This document shows positions 52,311 through 64,000 of a stretch of DNA of 64,000 bases, in pieces. Numbering within the stretch: position 1 is the first letter of the stretch; every line of letters begins with the position of its first letter. Position numbers and translations under genes: made by a program. The DNA lies in contig OX638160.1 of the NCBI GenBank assembly GCA_951804945.1, positions 27,156,001 through 27,220,000 on the forward strand, read 5' to 3'. Under the pieces are notes generated by a model that made no database searches, had not been told where the DNA came from, and was given only the letters and a program-made list of their open reading frames with translations. This stretch comes from Podarcis cretensis. Its lineage: Eukaryota.

Positions 52311-53704
52311 TCAATTCATGTTGGCTTAGAAGGCAGTGGGAGGTGGAATGACTGATTTGATGGAAATTGTCAACTCTTTTTGTTGCAAGGGTTCTCGTCT
52401 ATTCTGCCAAAAACAGTGGAGTTAAGTAACCCACATCTTTCCAAGCCCTATCTGACAGTTTAACGGCCAGGTTTAGTTTTTTTAACTTTCCATTGCCTAC
52501 TGATCGCTCGACACTCTTCCCAACCCTGATTAACTTCAGGGGCCTTGGAAGGATGATTCAATCTCCATTTGTCACAGCCAGTGGTTAGGGATGGTGGAAG
52601 TTGTGGTCCAACAATGTCTGGAGAGACAGCTTAACAACTCCTGCTTTAAATCTTTTGTGCCAAAGTTTCCCAACACCCCCTGCTTTAAAAAAAACCCAAC
52701 AACCACTGGAGGATTTTAGAGAGTAAAATTTCACAGAACCTAAAGTCTTTCCTCTTCTTGTTGCATCACATGACATCTTTTCTGAAACAATTTACATAAG
52801 TGTTGTTAGTAGAGAGTGCATCCTGTTGTCCAGTAGTTCCACAATCAAAATTCTCATTTAAACACCGTCCATTGTGTTGATGTCAGTTTCAGTTCCATCA
52901 TTGCTGTGGTAAATGCAAGGCTTCTAGAAAATTAAGAGGAACAGTGGAACCACAGTATTAAGATAGTATGACCATATGTTCCCACCAGCACATGTAATAG
53001 GCTTAGTTATGCTTGCTGTCATGAGAGAGCAAGGCACACATTTTTGCATCATATGGTTGTCACTCCAGCTTCAGTTGTTTTGTTGTTTTGTTTTTAAGGC
53101 AAGGGTTCTATTACATTCTGCCAAGAAACAGTATTAAGATAGCTGATTGTGATGTTAGTTTGAGGTTAATTCAACAACAACAACAAAAACATTAGACACT
53201 AGCATGTTTTAAGAGCCTGAGGATACTGCTTTCCGGCAAGCCAGGAAGATGCAGGCAGCTATAGACAGATTTGGCACACCTTGTTTCAGGTTGCCCAGTT
53301 GTAGGGCCTTTTTGCGGGGAGATAAGTATCAAGACTTGGTTCTGGACCACTCTTTGTATGTAGGAGACATCAGTGCTATAACTGGCTCAATGGAGGTTGG
53401 CAGAAAAGGTGATCCTCAAGACCACATTAACACCATAATGAACAATCCTCCAAAATTAGAAGATTTCCCCCCTTCCCCTGTATTACAGTGTTGGGCTTTT
53501 AGATTTTTATTTACTGCTATTTTTTTGTAAAGCCCCCTTGTGAAACACCAGTGATCTACTTCCAGCCAATATAGACAACATCGAAGTAGATGAGACAATG
53601 ACAAGGCAACTTTCTATGTAAAGTTATTTGCCCTGTTTTAGTAAACCTTATATTTGATCATTGATCATTTGAACACAGCCTGTAATGTCTGACCAGGCCT
53701 TAGG

Positions 53705-53832
53705 ATAGGATTGGAGAACCTATGGCACTCAAGATGTTGTTGGATGTCAGCTCCAGTCAGTGTCACTAAAGGTCAAGGGTGATGGGAGTTGTAATCCAGC
53801 AACAACTGGAGAACAATAGGTTCTCTACCCCT
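53705..53832. mobile_element. Short hAT-like palindromic MITE
   Basis: ggagaacctat...ataggttctct TIR-like ends; agatgttgttgga / tccagcaacaact arms. A half copy lies near 52585-52645. Confidence 0.6.
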
Positions 53833-54115
53833 ACTTTAACAACTACTTACTTGTGGCTCATCATTCAAGAAATTTGCAGTCTGAATTTACATTTTCAAGA
53901 ATTGCCATTTTACGAAGAGTCAGTTTACTAAATGATTCACACACAAAAAACCACCTTTACATTTCTCTATCAATGAAGTTTACCATTCGACATTCATAGA
54001 TATTTAGAAGTTCCTAGGATCACTCTAATATTTAAAATGAATTAAATGGCCAGTGTTGGGATGCATGAACAGAATTTGAACTACCTGCTTTCAGGATACC
54101 TATGTCTGCAAGATG

Positions 54116-54146
<31 letters not shown>
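54116..54146. repeat. (TC)n(AC)n compound microsatellite
   Basis: Direct reading. Confidence 0.9.
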
Positions 54147-55657
54147 TATATGAATACATTATTAAATCACAGTTTTAAATATTGTCTGTGTTTGACAAAG
54201 ACACATTGGGTTTAATGAAGCATTTACCAAAGTAGGTGACGAATGGCAGCTTCATCAATTCAATTCCTTCCATATGCCCTAGCCAGTTACAGAGAATAAT
54301 GTCAATCCCATTTTTTAAGCACAAGGAACGTAACTAGGGATTAGTTGTGTGCTCTTTGTCATACTTTAACAATATGCTTCTTTTCAATCTCAGATATCTT
54401 AAACAAATCTTTTTTAAGACTGCAGTTGATGAAACTAGATTGTGCACTAAAATTTAGCTATATATTCTAACTGGGTTAAAAAAACAAGTCACCTATATTA
54501 CTAAATGAGTTTTAATTAAAGGGCTCTTTGCCAAATGTGACTTATAAATATTCAGTTAGGATCTCTTAATTAATGAAAGCAGATTGCATGTTTTAAAGAG
54601 ATGGTGTTTCACTACTTTGGCACACTTAAAATGTGTTACTTTCCAAGTATATCATTGCCATTTGAAAATACTTTTGAGAATTATTTTCATTCTAGCAATT
54701 ATGTCATGAACTATTTAAATGTTGTTGGAGTACTGATATGCATATTTACTTTTGGTTGTAATGATACATATTTAGCCCACATGGAGATGTAGAAAAACTT
54801 TTAGTTGAGGCATATGTTATCCAAATGTCGAACCCTATTGTGTAAGAACATCAATGCTTAGGTGAAATCAGGAATAGTACAATAAAACACAACACAATGC
54901 TGCTGTTATAGGTAAATAAAGTTGTGGTCAAGGATAAATATGATGGCATACACAGCAATAATAAACATGCTGCCTCTTTTGTTGCTTTTGCTTTCATTAT
55001 TTGCAAAGAGGGCGTCAGAAACTATAATACTCGGTGGTAAATATCTTTACTGTTCAGTGGTAAAACAGAACATGCAGAGTGTTCTGTATAGTCAGAAGTA
55101 ACCATCTGGTTTGTTCAGAACTAAAACTGTGGCTGGTATCTAAAGCAATGTTTTAGACATAGCCAGTGAAATTCTGACTTAGTGTAAAAAGCAAAAGAAA
55201 AACCACTTCATACACAAACAGCTTTGAAACAGTTTGCCATGTGACATGAAAGGCTATTTGAGAAGCACCAGCACAAACCCTTTGGGCACATGTAACCGGT
55301 TGAGCAGTTCTTTGAATCATGTCCTAGGCCCTATTAGGGATTTCCTGTTTATATGTTGTGCATGTACTGCAGGGTGACTGCATTTCATTTTATTTAAGAT
55401 GTTACAAACCATGGGGTGTTTCTGCCATTGTGCAATCATACAAACCCCCAGAACAGCTTTTAAATTTTGCAATTCACACTCAAACAAACTGTTTTCAAAG
55501 AGACAGTTCTGAGTCAATGTCAGACATTCAATGTAATCTGTCTTGCATCTTTTTGCAGCAAGGAAAAAATCTCTTGAAAACCAATGTACAGGCTGTGTAC
55601 CAGTTTCTAATATGATATTTCCCCCCCAAAAAATATTTTAAACTTTTTTCTTTCCAG

Positions 55658-55751
55658 GGGAGTTGGTTGTATCTTCGTCGAAATGATTCAAGGTGTTGCT
55701 GCTTTTCCAGGAATGAAAGACATTCAAGATCAACTTGAAAGAATATTTCTG
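55658..55751 (+). CDS. CDK14: CDK14 exon (94 nt): (W)GVGCIFVEMIQGVAAFPGMKDIQDQLERIFL
   Basis: ttttttctttccag|G acceptor; CTG|gtaaat donor; phase 2 to 0. Confidence 0.96.
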
Positions 55752-57072
55752 GTAAATCTCCTTCCCACTTCCCCTGCATTTGATTATTGCATGCTGACAA
55801 CTGCCTCCTCTACCCAAATATAAATAGCAGGAACCTTATATAAACCACACTGAAATGAATGGAGTTTCCATGATGGAAGTGGCTGGAGCATTATGTCAGA
55901 ATCCCTTGAAATCCAGAGTTTGTTTAAATTAGTCAGCCACTTCAAACAAAAATACTGTCAATAATTATCTAGCTAGATATATTGTGTGCATCATTAGAAT
56001 TATCCATTTGACAGTTACTAAAAACGGGACTACTCTGCTTAAAAAGGATTACTTCCTTCCCCCATTATTTAGTGAATTGTGTACATGAAGTTTGTTAATC
56101 ATTTTTGAAATACCTGTAGGTGTTTGGGTGATATCCGAAGAGCCAAATGTTTGCCTCTTTCCTTACTTGTTTGTGTTTTCCTTGTCGGAGGCAGAAGTCA
56201 TTTTGGGCAGAAATGGAGAGAGAGAGAGATTGGACAAATCAAAGAGAAGGAAAGATTGGATAAATTAGTTTCCCCTTTGTTTGGCTTTTGCTGATTTGCC
56301 ACAGCACTTTGGGGCAGAAACCAGGGAGGGAAGGAGCATGGACAAATCACAGATTCTAAATGTTTCCATGGGAAATAATAGAAATCATCAGCTCATTGTG
56401 AGAATGCTTGCCTAACAATTCCTGGGTACGCATTGTGTGGAACCTGTGTGTACAAAGGTAGTTGTTTAAGATAACCAATACAAATTAATTACTTGACAGT
56501 GAGACCATACACAGCTGTAGAGGCTGAACCAATAGCTGCATTTCCCCTGAATTCTGAACATTACCAGCAATAATTATTTTTCCAAAAACTTGAGTTCAGA
56601 CCATTATAATTTTGGTGACACTACTTGCCCCCTAGGGATAGCTCTGTATACTAAAACAGTGGTTCTCAAGCTTTTCTTTTTTTATCTACTGTGGTTCTCA
56701 ATGAACTTTTTTTGATCAACACATCAGAGCATAACTCATATTTTAATAACATTTCTTAAGCATTTGCATGGTTGTCAAAACCAGTACTGTGTTATAAAAA
56801 TCACAGGCTAAGAAACCCCCTTCAACTGGAAAACTAGTTGACTGTACCAGCGTCGTATTTTGAAACTCAGAATATGAGTTTCTGAGGGATCTAAGGGTTC
56901 TGAGCCAGACCCTTGTTAGAATGGTCAGTAATCAGACTTTGATCAAAATGGTCTCCATTTCCATTATCAGAAGAAGAAAAATCAAATACGGAGCCAAAGT
57001 AAAGATATTCTCAACTGTTCCATAGCCTTTCCATAGGCCACCTGCATAGAGTTCATGGACCAAATGTCTGTA

Positions 57073-57314
57073 CAGTGGTACCTCGGGTTACATATGATTC
57101 AGGTTACAGACGCTTCAGGTTACAGACTCCGCTAACCCATAAATAGTACCTCGGGTTAAGAACTTTGCTTCAGGATAAGAACAGAAATCGTGCTCCGGTG
57201 GCGTGGTGGCAGTGGGAGGCCCCATTAGCTAAAGTGGTGCTTCAGGTTAAGAACAGTTTCAGGTTAAGACTGGACCTCCGGTATGAATTAAGTACTTAAC
57301 CCGAGGTACCATTG
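57073..57314 (+). mobile_element. Tigger-like MITE, family A, copy 3
   Basis: TA|CAGTGGTACCTCGGGTTA...TAACCCGAGGTACCATTG|TA; 242 bp. Confidence 0.92.
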
Positions 57315-59530
57315 TACTAGAAAAAATACCTAGTTACTCCAGTCTATGATTATGAATAAGACTTGCTCTTACACTGTTCATCTCTTCCACTGTTTTCATA
57401 AGAAGTGATGAGTACAGTGATTTGTACAATTAATAGCATCCTTATTTACATTTTCAGCTACCCTGGTTTATCTTATACTTTTTATTTCCCTTTCAGGTCT
57501 ATATCAAACTAGATCACTCTTTCTCCCTTTTGAGTCTAGATCAAACTGAGAATGTTTCTGGTATATGGAGTATGCCAAAATAGCATCATATAATGTAATG
57601 TACATCACAGGTTTTGTTTTTTTGTTTAAATAATGAATTTCATTGGAGGTGAATTATCAAATAAACTGTCTATAATTACTTGGTTTAATCTTTTATGAGG
57701 CCATTTACATTTGTAAATCTGGAAAAACTCTTGTAGTCACTATGACATGTTGGAGTTCAAAACACTTTGTTCTGTGGGATTGATCCAGTTAACTGTTTAA
57801 GCATTATTGAGTCACCATAGTCCTGTTTAATTTAGTTTTGGCACACTTGTTTCAACATATTAACAGAGTTGGTTGAACATTGAAAGAAATGTGAACGACT
57901 CCAATGGCCAATTAATAAAAAGCGTACATTATAGTAATATTTGCAGTAATAGAGTTTCATCCATAGAAATAATACTTGCCCTAGACAAAATGCAGACATG
58001 AACATTGTAAAGACTTACTAACATACCGTAATTAATCAGATGGGCAGAAATGTCATGATTTTTGCTGCTGTTTTATATGCCCTATTCATTAGTTCTACAG
58101 ATGTATACAAATAATGCAGATTAGTTATCATGGATCCTTATGAAGTCATTTTTATAATTGATAGATTCTTTGTGGTGTCTTAGTTGGGTGCATTTGTTTT
58201 TGTTAGTGTGCGTGTATTGCCAAATACCCAAGTGGGACCTTTGTAGGTGTGCATTCTCTGGAATGCTATGCTGTAATTGTCTAGTCTGCCTGCCCCAGAA
58301 TCGCAACATACTAGAATATATTTCTTGGCCTTAAATTCATTTTTTCTTCCTTCATGAATGTAAAGAATATCAAAGAGCTTGATTTATTATCTCTTATGGA
58401 AACTAATGCTTATAGTGGCAGAAATGTTCATGCATTTTCTCTCGAATATTGAGCTTGACAATAAGCTATCATATTGTGCCTTGCAAAGAGGGTTGATGAG
58501 GCATAGACGGAATTGTCACTCAAAATACTGAGTCAACATACATAATATATGCTGCTAGTAGTTACATCTGTCTCTTTTGCCTTTTTAAGCTTTTCATATA
58601 AGCCAAGAATTAATCTGAAGAATGCAATTTCTTCGTGATCTTTACTGTCACTTGTATCTAGTTTATGGCCTCTGTTATGCCATTGGTAAATAGAAAACAG
58701 AGTGATGATTTGCTGTAATTATTGCAACAATACTCATATGTTCTGTGTATAAATTTTCTAAAACAACACCTTAAAAATCACAATAAAAATTACATTGACA
58801 ATAAATAACTTTCAAATCTCATCCAGTTAGCACTAAAGTAACCCAGTACAGTAAATGTCTGAGGAAACAGGTTTTTAATTGACAGCAAAAGGCATAGAGT
58901 AAAGGGATTACGGTAAACTTACTGGGAGAACTTTCAAACATTGGAGAAAGCTTCTTCCAGAGGTAGAAGACATTAGTAATGGAAGCAGCATGGGGCACAT
59001 TGCTATTTCTTATAAGGTTTGTTTATTTTCTTGTGGTCCTGTTCAGAACTATCTTTTGAGGAGAAAAAAACCTATTGGTCAGTTTCTTAAAGAACCTCTA
59101 CAAGCACTAAATTACAGTTTTTCTTGGCATATTTTTCTCTCATTACTGCTATTCCCAACCATGTTCAAGACATTACTGCCTTTCTCGCTGGGTCTAAAGC
59201 AGTGTGAAATATTGCAGAAATTGGGGAACTACTTTTACCCAAAGAAACTGCTGTATATTTGAAGTAGTGTCATGTAAACGATTAATTGTCACAGGATTGA
59301 ATTGAAGATACTCTGTGAATCCACATATGGCTGTCTGAACTTGGCTCGCTTCTTGAAGGTTGCAACTGCACATTTATTTTAAATAAATAATCTAAATTTC
59401 CATGCATGCCCGCTTTAAACTATCTTGCTTTGCTCTGTTCTCCTAATTGAAGAAAACTGTGGGAAGATTACTAACTGAGAGAGTTGCTGATAATCTGCAG
59501 TTTTGAAACTGAACGAATAGGTTCTTATTA

Positions 59531-60330
59531 GAACCATAGAATTGTAGAGTTGGAAAGGGCCCCAAGGGCATCTAGTCCAGCTGCCTACAATGCAGGAATT
59601 TCAGCTAAAGCATGCATGACAGATGACCATCCAACCTCTGCTTCAAAACCTCCTGTGGGAGTCCGTTCCACTGTCGAACAGCTCTTACTGTCCTGATGTT
59701 TAGTCAGAATCTACTTGATTCCATTGGTTCAATTCCCAGCCTCCAGAGCAGGAGAAAACAAGCTTTCTCCATCTTCCATGTGACAGCCCTTTAGAGATTT
59801 GAAGATGGCTATCACATCTTCTTTCACTCTCCTCTTTACCAGGCTAAACATACCCTACTCCTTCAACTGTTCCTCATAAGGCTTGGTTTCCAAACCCTTG
59901 ATCATCTTGGTTGATGCAGCCTAGAATAGCATTAGCTTCTTTTGCTGCTACATCATGTATCTCCACGCAGAGGACCTACTGCTTGCTTGTTCTCCCTCTT
60001 GCCTTGAACATAGCTGAAGAAAACTTTTAAATTATTTTTGGCCTCTCTTGGTAGCCTGAACTCATTCTGACCTTTGACTCTCCTGATCTTCCTCCTGCAA
60101 CTGTTGGCAAGTTGTGTATACCCTTCCTTCTTGATTTTCCCATTCTTCCATTTCTTAAACATGCCCTTCTTAAATCTCAGTTCATCTGTAAGTATATGCA
60201 GCCACACTGATTTCTTTAGATGCCTCCCCTTTTTCTTTGAATTTTCTACATTTGTGCTTTCAATATTTCACCTCATCCGTCTTGGAATCCTTTCTCTTTC
60301 AGTATTTATGACAATGCGATCTCACCCAGT
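59531..60330 (-). mobile_element. CR1 LINE, internally deleted (3' end joined to the pre-RT linker of ORF2)
   Basis: CR1 tail at 59531. The minus ORF 59953-60207 (WL...KKGMFKKWKNG...CRRKIRRVKGQNEFRL...FFSYVQGKRENKQAVGPL) matches the CR1 ORF2 linker. Confidence 0.85.
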
Positions 60331-61524
60331 ATGTTGAAACCAACCATCCTTATGAAAAGCTCTTGCAATAATATGCCTTTTAAAATTTCGATAGTGCTGC
60401 ACTATCCTGTGTGCCGTGCTCCCCTTCCCTCCCCCCATTATTTTTAGTGGTTTCCAATGTGGTGCTGTTTGATGGCATGCTACTTTAAGAATAATGTGCC
60501 TTTCTAATTTCAATTCTCTGCCTCCCTCTCCTGGTCAAAGTGAAATATTGCATGGTTGCTGTTATATACTGCAGAGTGTGTATGCGGGCGGGGGGGGGGA
60601 TGCATAAAACATATTTGCAATTCTTCTGTACTTTCACTTTCATGTGAGGTAGCTTTGGCTAATGTAGAGCTACTGCTGAGCAGAAATTTGGAAATTGCAT
60701 TCAAACTCTAGTCTTTGCACACTGATCACTAGCCATATCTTCCACAAACACTACTTTAATAATTATCAGACTCTTCAGGCTACTTTCTATTATTATACCC
60801 AGTCTGTCTTTAATGTGAAAGGTGATGATTAAGGAGTAACAGTCGTGGTGTTGCTGATACATTAATATGTTTTAAAATGCAAACGTTAATTAGGGCTTCT
60901 TTTTCAAATTAAGTAACAAAAAATCAGGGTAGCCATCTATTCTGTATACGAAACACAGTTCTCTGTCTGAAGGAGTTGTTTGTTTTAAGGGCTATCCTCT
61001 CCAAGTGCAGTTTAAAGATTAAAGAACTGTAAGACGGAAGAACAGGACCATTGAAGGGACCCAATCTTTGGCAAAAAAGAAAAGAAAAAAAAATGCAAAC
61101 AGAAAATAAGGCGTAATAAAAAAAAAGAATTTGTGGAACGTATTGCTACAAACATACAGACACATTGTGGCTTAGATGCTGAAGTCTCCCATTGCAGTGT
61201 TCCCCATGGTTATTGGTGCTGATTTTGATTTCTTTAATAAGGTAGTTTTCAGTAGTGAATTAATTAACAGTAAGCTTCTTTGTATCAGGTAGTACATAAA
61301 CAATGACTTGGTATTCTGGTTAATAATGACCTGATGAACATGGATGTCCATAAAATTTAAATGATTAGTTCTTGTTCTTTTGTAGTAAATCCTGAAATAG
61401 TAAATCTTTTAAAACCTTGAGCAAACCAATACATTATTCTTAAGTTAAATCAATCATAAAATATTTTACATGAAGTGGCCATCTGTATTTTAAACTAAAT
61501 GTATTTGGCTCTGTTTACTTGTAG

Positions 61525-61588
61525 GTGCTTGGAACCCCAAATGAAGATTCATGGCCTGGAGTTCATTCTCTGCCCCATTTCAAGCCAG
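61525..61588 (+). CDS. CDK14: CDK14 exon (64 nt): VLGTPNEDSWPGVHSLPHFKP
   Basis: tttacttgtag|GTG acceptor; CCAG|gtaggt donor; phase 0 to 1. Confidence 0.96.
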
Positions 61589-61719
61589 GTAGGTTTCAAG
61601 ACCTTGCCATCAGATTTCATATTTAAATACCATTTCTATTGCGAAAAGATTCTGGCATTATAAACAAAGGTGCCCTTTCAGATTTCAGCTGATGAGTATG
61701 CTGCAACCTGCTTCTAGCT

Positions 61720-61866
61720 ATATAGGAAGCTGGTCTTGGTTTGTCATTGATTAGCAATGATTCTCCTGGGTTTCATACAGGAATCTTTCCCAACCTGGAG
61801 ATGCCAGGGATTGACCTTGGCACCTTCTGCATGCCCAGTAGTTGCTCTGTCACTGAGCTCTGACCC
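61720..61866 (-). mobile_element. tRNA-derived squamate SINE, decayed; fragments of the same family at ~15678-15745 and ~43097-43133
   Basis: taggaagctg...cctggagatgccagggattgaccttggcaccttctgcatgc...ctctgtcactgagct (rc of a tRNA-like head). Confidence 0.65.
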
Positions 61867-62868
61867 TTTCCAAGTTACTGCGCAGTCACTGTGCTTTGTC
61901 TTGGCCATTCTTTCCCCAAGCTTCAACCGGAGAAGTGAGGCTGTTTATATTACTCTATAGGCCTTGCTCAGGTTAGTGGTGCTACTCCCTACAGGATCTC
62001 AGGAAAGTCATCCTCACCCTGTTGGTTTATAAATCCTAGTGGCAAACATCAAAATTATATGCCCCTCTTGAGATACCTTACTTCTGCAGAAAGATACCCT
62101 GGCACCGTCAGGGTGACATAGCGCTAACTTAGCCATTGGCCAGTTGGCATCTCAACTGCATACTGAAAATTTATCTCAGTAAAATTGACTTGCATTTTTT
62201 AGTTTCACCTATTCTTTGTATAAATGACATAATGTAACGTAACGTCTGATGTCCAATCATTTACTCTCCAGAATTTCACTGGGTTTAGTTTAATGTCATC
62301 TTAGTCATTTGTTTTTATCTGAATGCTGATAACTTCCTGAAGAGGAGCCCCTCTTTTGCTGAAGACTGCCCAAACTCCCTTTATTACTAGGTACATGTGG
62401 TCATGGTTTCAACTAAGCACACAGAAAGTGGAAGTTGGTATAGAATCCCGCTTCCTAAGAATGTCAACCTTCTAAGTTAAAATGTTTGATAAGTTGTTAT
62501 CCCTGCTCTTGTCCCTGAATGTCATCTTGGAAATGTGTTTGTTGTAAGCCATAATACATTTTCATTTCCCCTGTTTTTTAAAAAAATCCACTCTCTTACC
62601 TACTCTCTCCCAATTTTGCTATAAAATTGACAGTCTTCTACACTTTATAAATATAAATATAAATTTAAAGTATTTGGTCTTCCGACCCCCTGGAAATACA
62701 AACTAGCTAACATTTCAGAAAATATGATTTAAAAATAAATGTCTAAATTTAAGAATACAAGCTAGGTTACTTTGAAAGGCACTCATTTTAGTACATTGCT
62801 AAGGCTGCTACTGTTGTTTAATTCTGTAAAAATGTGGTGGTGTTTTTCCAGTGAAGAATTTGAGTTTA

Positions 62869-64000
62869 GACTTCCGGGTTAGCGCCAACATCTAATGGCG
62901 GATTCCCTCCGATCTCCGGAGGGAATCGGCTCAGTAGGGATCGGGTTCTGCCGCGCCGGCGACGCGGGGACCCTTAAAAACCACAGGCGCGGATGCCTGT
63001 GGACGTGGTGACTCGGCGGGCACCATTAGCGCCCCCCCGACCCGCAAAGGAGCCTTTTTAAAGGCTGCGGAACGGGGGACGGGGAGCGGCGCGGTGCTGA
63101 GAGTCTTCTGCTTCCCCTGCTGAGCGAAGCCGCATGCCATGGATGGAGAGCGCTGACTTTTTCCTTTAAATATTCGGATTAAAAGCAACAACCCGTGAGT
63201 AATATGGAAATTGGACTTAAAAGGGAAATTTTTTTTTAAAAAAATCGGTACGATCGGGGGAGGTGTAAAAGGAAGTCCGCCCCCCCCCCCCGCTTTGTAG
63301 ATAAACTAAAGCAAGGACCAGCTAACTAAAGTTGGGAGAAACATCTTTGTCTTTTTTGGAAGAAAATTATTACATTCGCGATTGGACAGTACAATTGATT
63401 TTGCTGGAGGATAAGATTCGGTTTAAATTAAAGTGTAACCCCCCGGGACCCGGGAGTGATCTGTGAGAGAGCCTGCTGAAAAGATACGGACTTTGACAGC
63501 TGTCAAACTAGCTGTCAAAGCTGGGAAATAAAAGGAAACATTGTTTTTGGTGACTCTGCTGGCTAGATTTTCTCTAAATTGGACACAAATAGTCGGGAGC
63601 AAAGGAAAGCAAGTTACTTTGGTCTATTGGATTGAAATTGGAAAGATACTAAGTAAACAGAATCCCCCTAGAGGGATTCTTGAGATATTGCAAGAAATGG
63701 CTGTAAGTGGAAAAATATTTGCTGAGCTGAATAGGACTTTTTATCTCCTGGGAAAGCTCCAGGATCAGAGTGATATGTTGACAACAAGGGCAACAGCATT
63801 GAATGATACAGTAAACAATCTTATGGGAACAGGAAGAGACTCGACACAAGTCTTTGTTTCTGAACCAAGAGCCCTTGAAGTTGCAACAGAAGCTGCTGCA
63901 GCTGGGGAAATGAAGTTTGATAAACTCCGAGAGACACATGAGGACTTGCTGGAAATTGAAGGTGAAGCTACAATGTTGCAGAAGACAAAGCTGGACCAGA
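62869..64000 (+). mobile_element. 5' end of a young L1-like LINE (CpG-island 5'UTR and start of ORF1), running off the window
   Basis: Abrupt switch from AT-rich intron to CpG-rich DNA starting GACTTCCGG...AATGGCGG (ETS- and YY1-like motifs typical of non-mammalian L1 5' ends), followed by an A-rich open frame to the window end. Confidence 0.75.
63697..64000 (+). CDS. Putative LINE ORF1 N-terminus, partial (MAVSGKIFAELNRTFYLLGKLQDQSDMLTTRATALNDTVNNLMG...EDLLEIEGEATMLQKTKLDQ)
   Basis: Frame open from 63532 to the end; ATG in strong context (gaaATGG); heptad-like Leu spacing. Absent from the ORF track because there is no stop in the window. Confidence 0.6.
   Translation, partial: MAVSGKIFAELNRTFYLLGKLQDQSDMLTTRATALNDTVNNLMGTGRDSTQVFVSEPRALEVATEAAAAGEMKFDKLRETHEDLLEIEGEATMLQKTKLDQ

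Noticed and set aside
62931-63939. Minus-strand ORFs (86 aa and 96 aa) as a host gene or an ORF0 analogue
   Set aside because: Expected from GC richness and from the antisense shadow of ORF1; non-ATG or weak starts and no supporting features.

Overview
Eukaryotic, AT-rich intronic DNA from a squamate reptile, probably a lacertid lizard. The taxon is inferred from Sauria SINEs, a Bov-B LINE, a Penelope-like element and Tigger-like MITEs. The whole window lies inside the + strand gene CDK14 (PFTAIRE-1/PFTK1). Eight GT-AG exons (5616-5710, 8082-8161, 16650-16744, 25949-26011, 34800-34923, 44358-44478, 55658-55751, 61525-61588) splice in consistent phase into an uninterrupted stretch of the kinase domain, from PTSPKFG through [21 protein letters not shown] and DFG to PHFKP. 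The gene's 5' and 3' exons lie outside the window. Most short ORFs in the track are noise or transposon debris. Best leads: (1) a chain of phase-0 exon candidates upstream of the first kinase exon (1861-1890, 1975/1987-2154, and 4232-4456 with AATAAA) that could give an alternative N-terminus, an in-frame insert, a kinase-less isoform or a nested gene; (2) a minimal hammerhead ribozyme in a Penelope-like insertion; (3) a 5'-inverted Bov-B insertion; (4) two MITE families with one scaffold but swapped subterminal repeats; (5) inverted MITE copies bracketing a frameshifting exon; (6) the CpG-rich 5' end of a young sense-strand L1-like element. None of these is proven from sequence alone. Family names and mammalian comparisons come from recalled consensus sequences, not database searches.
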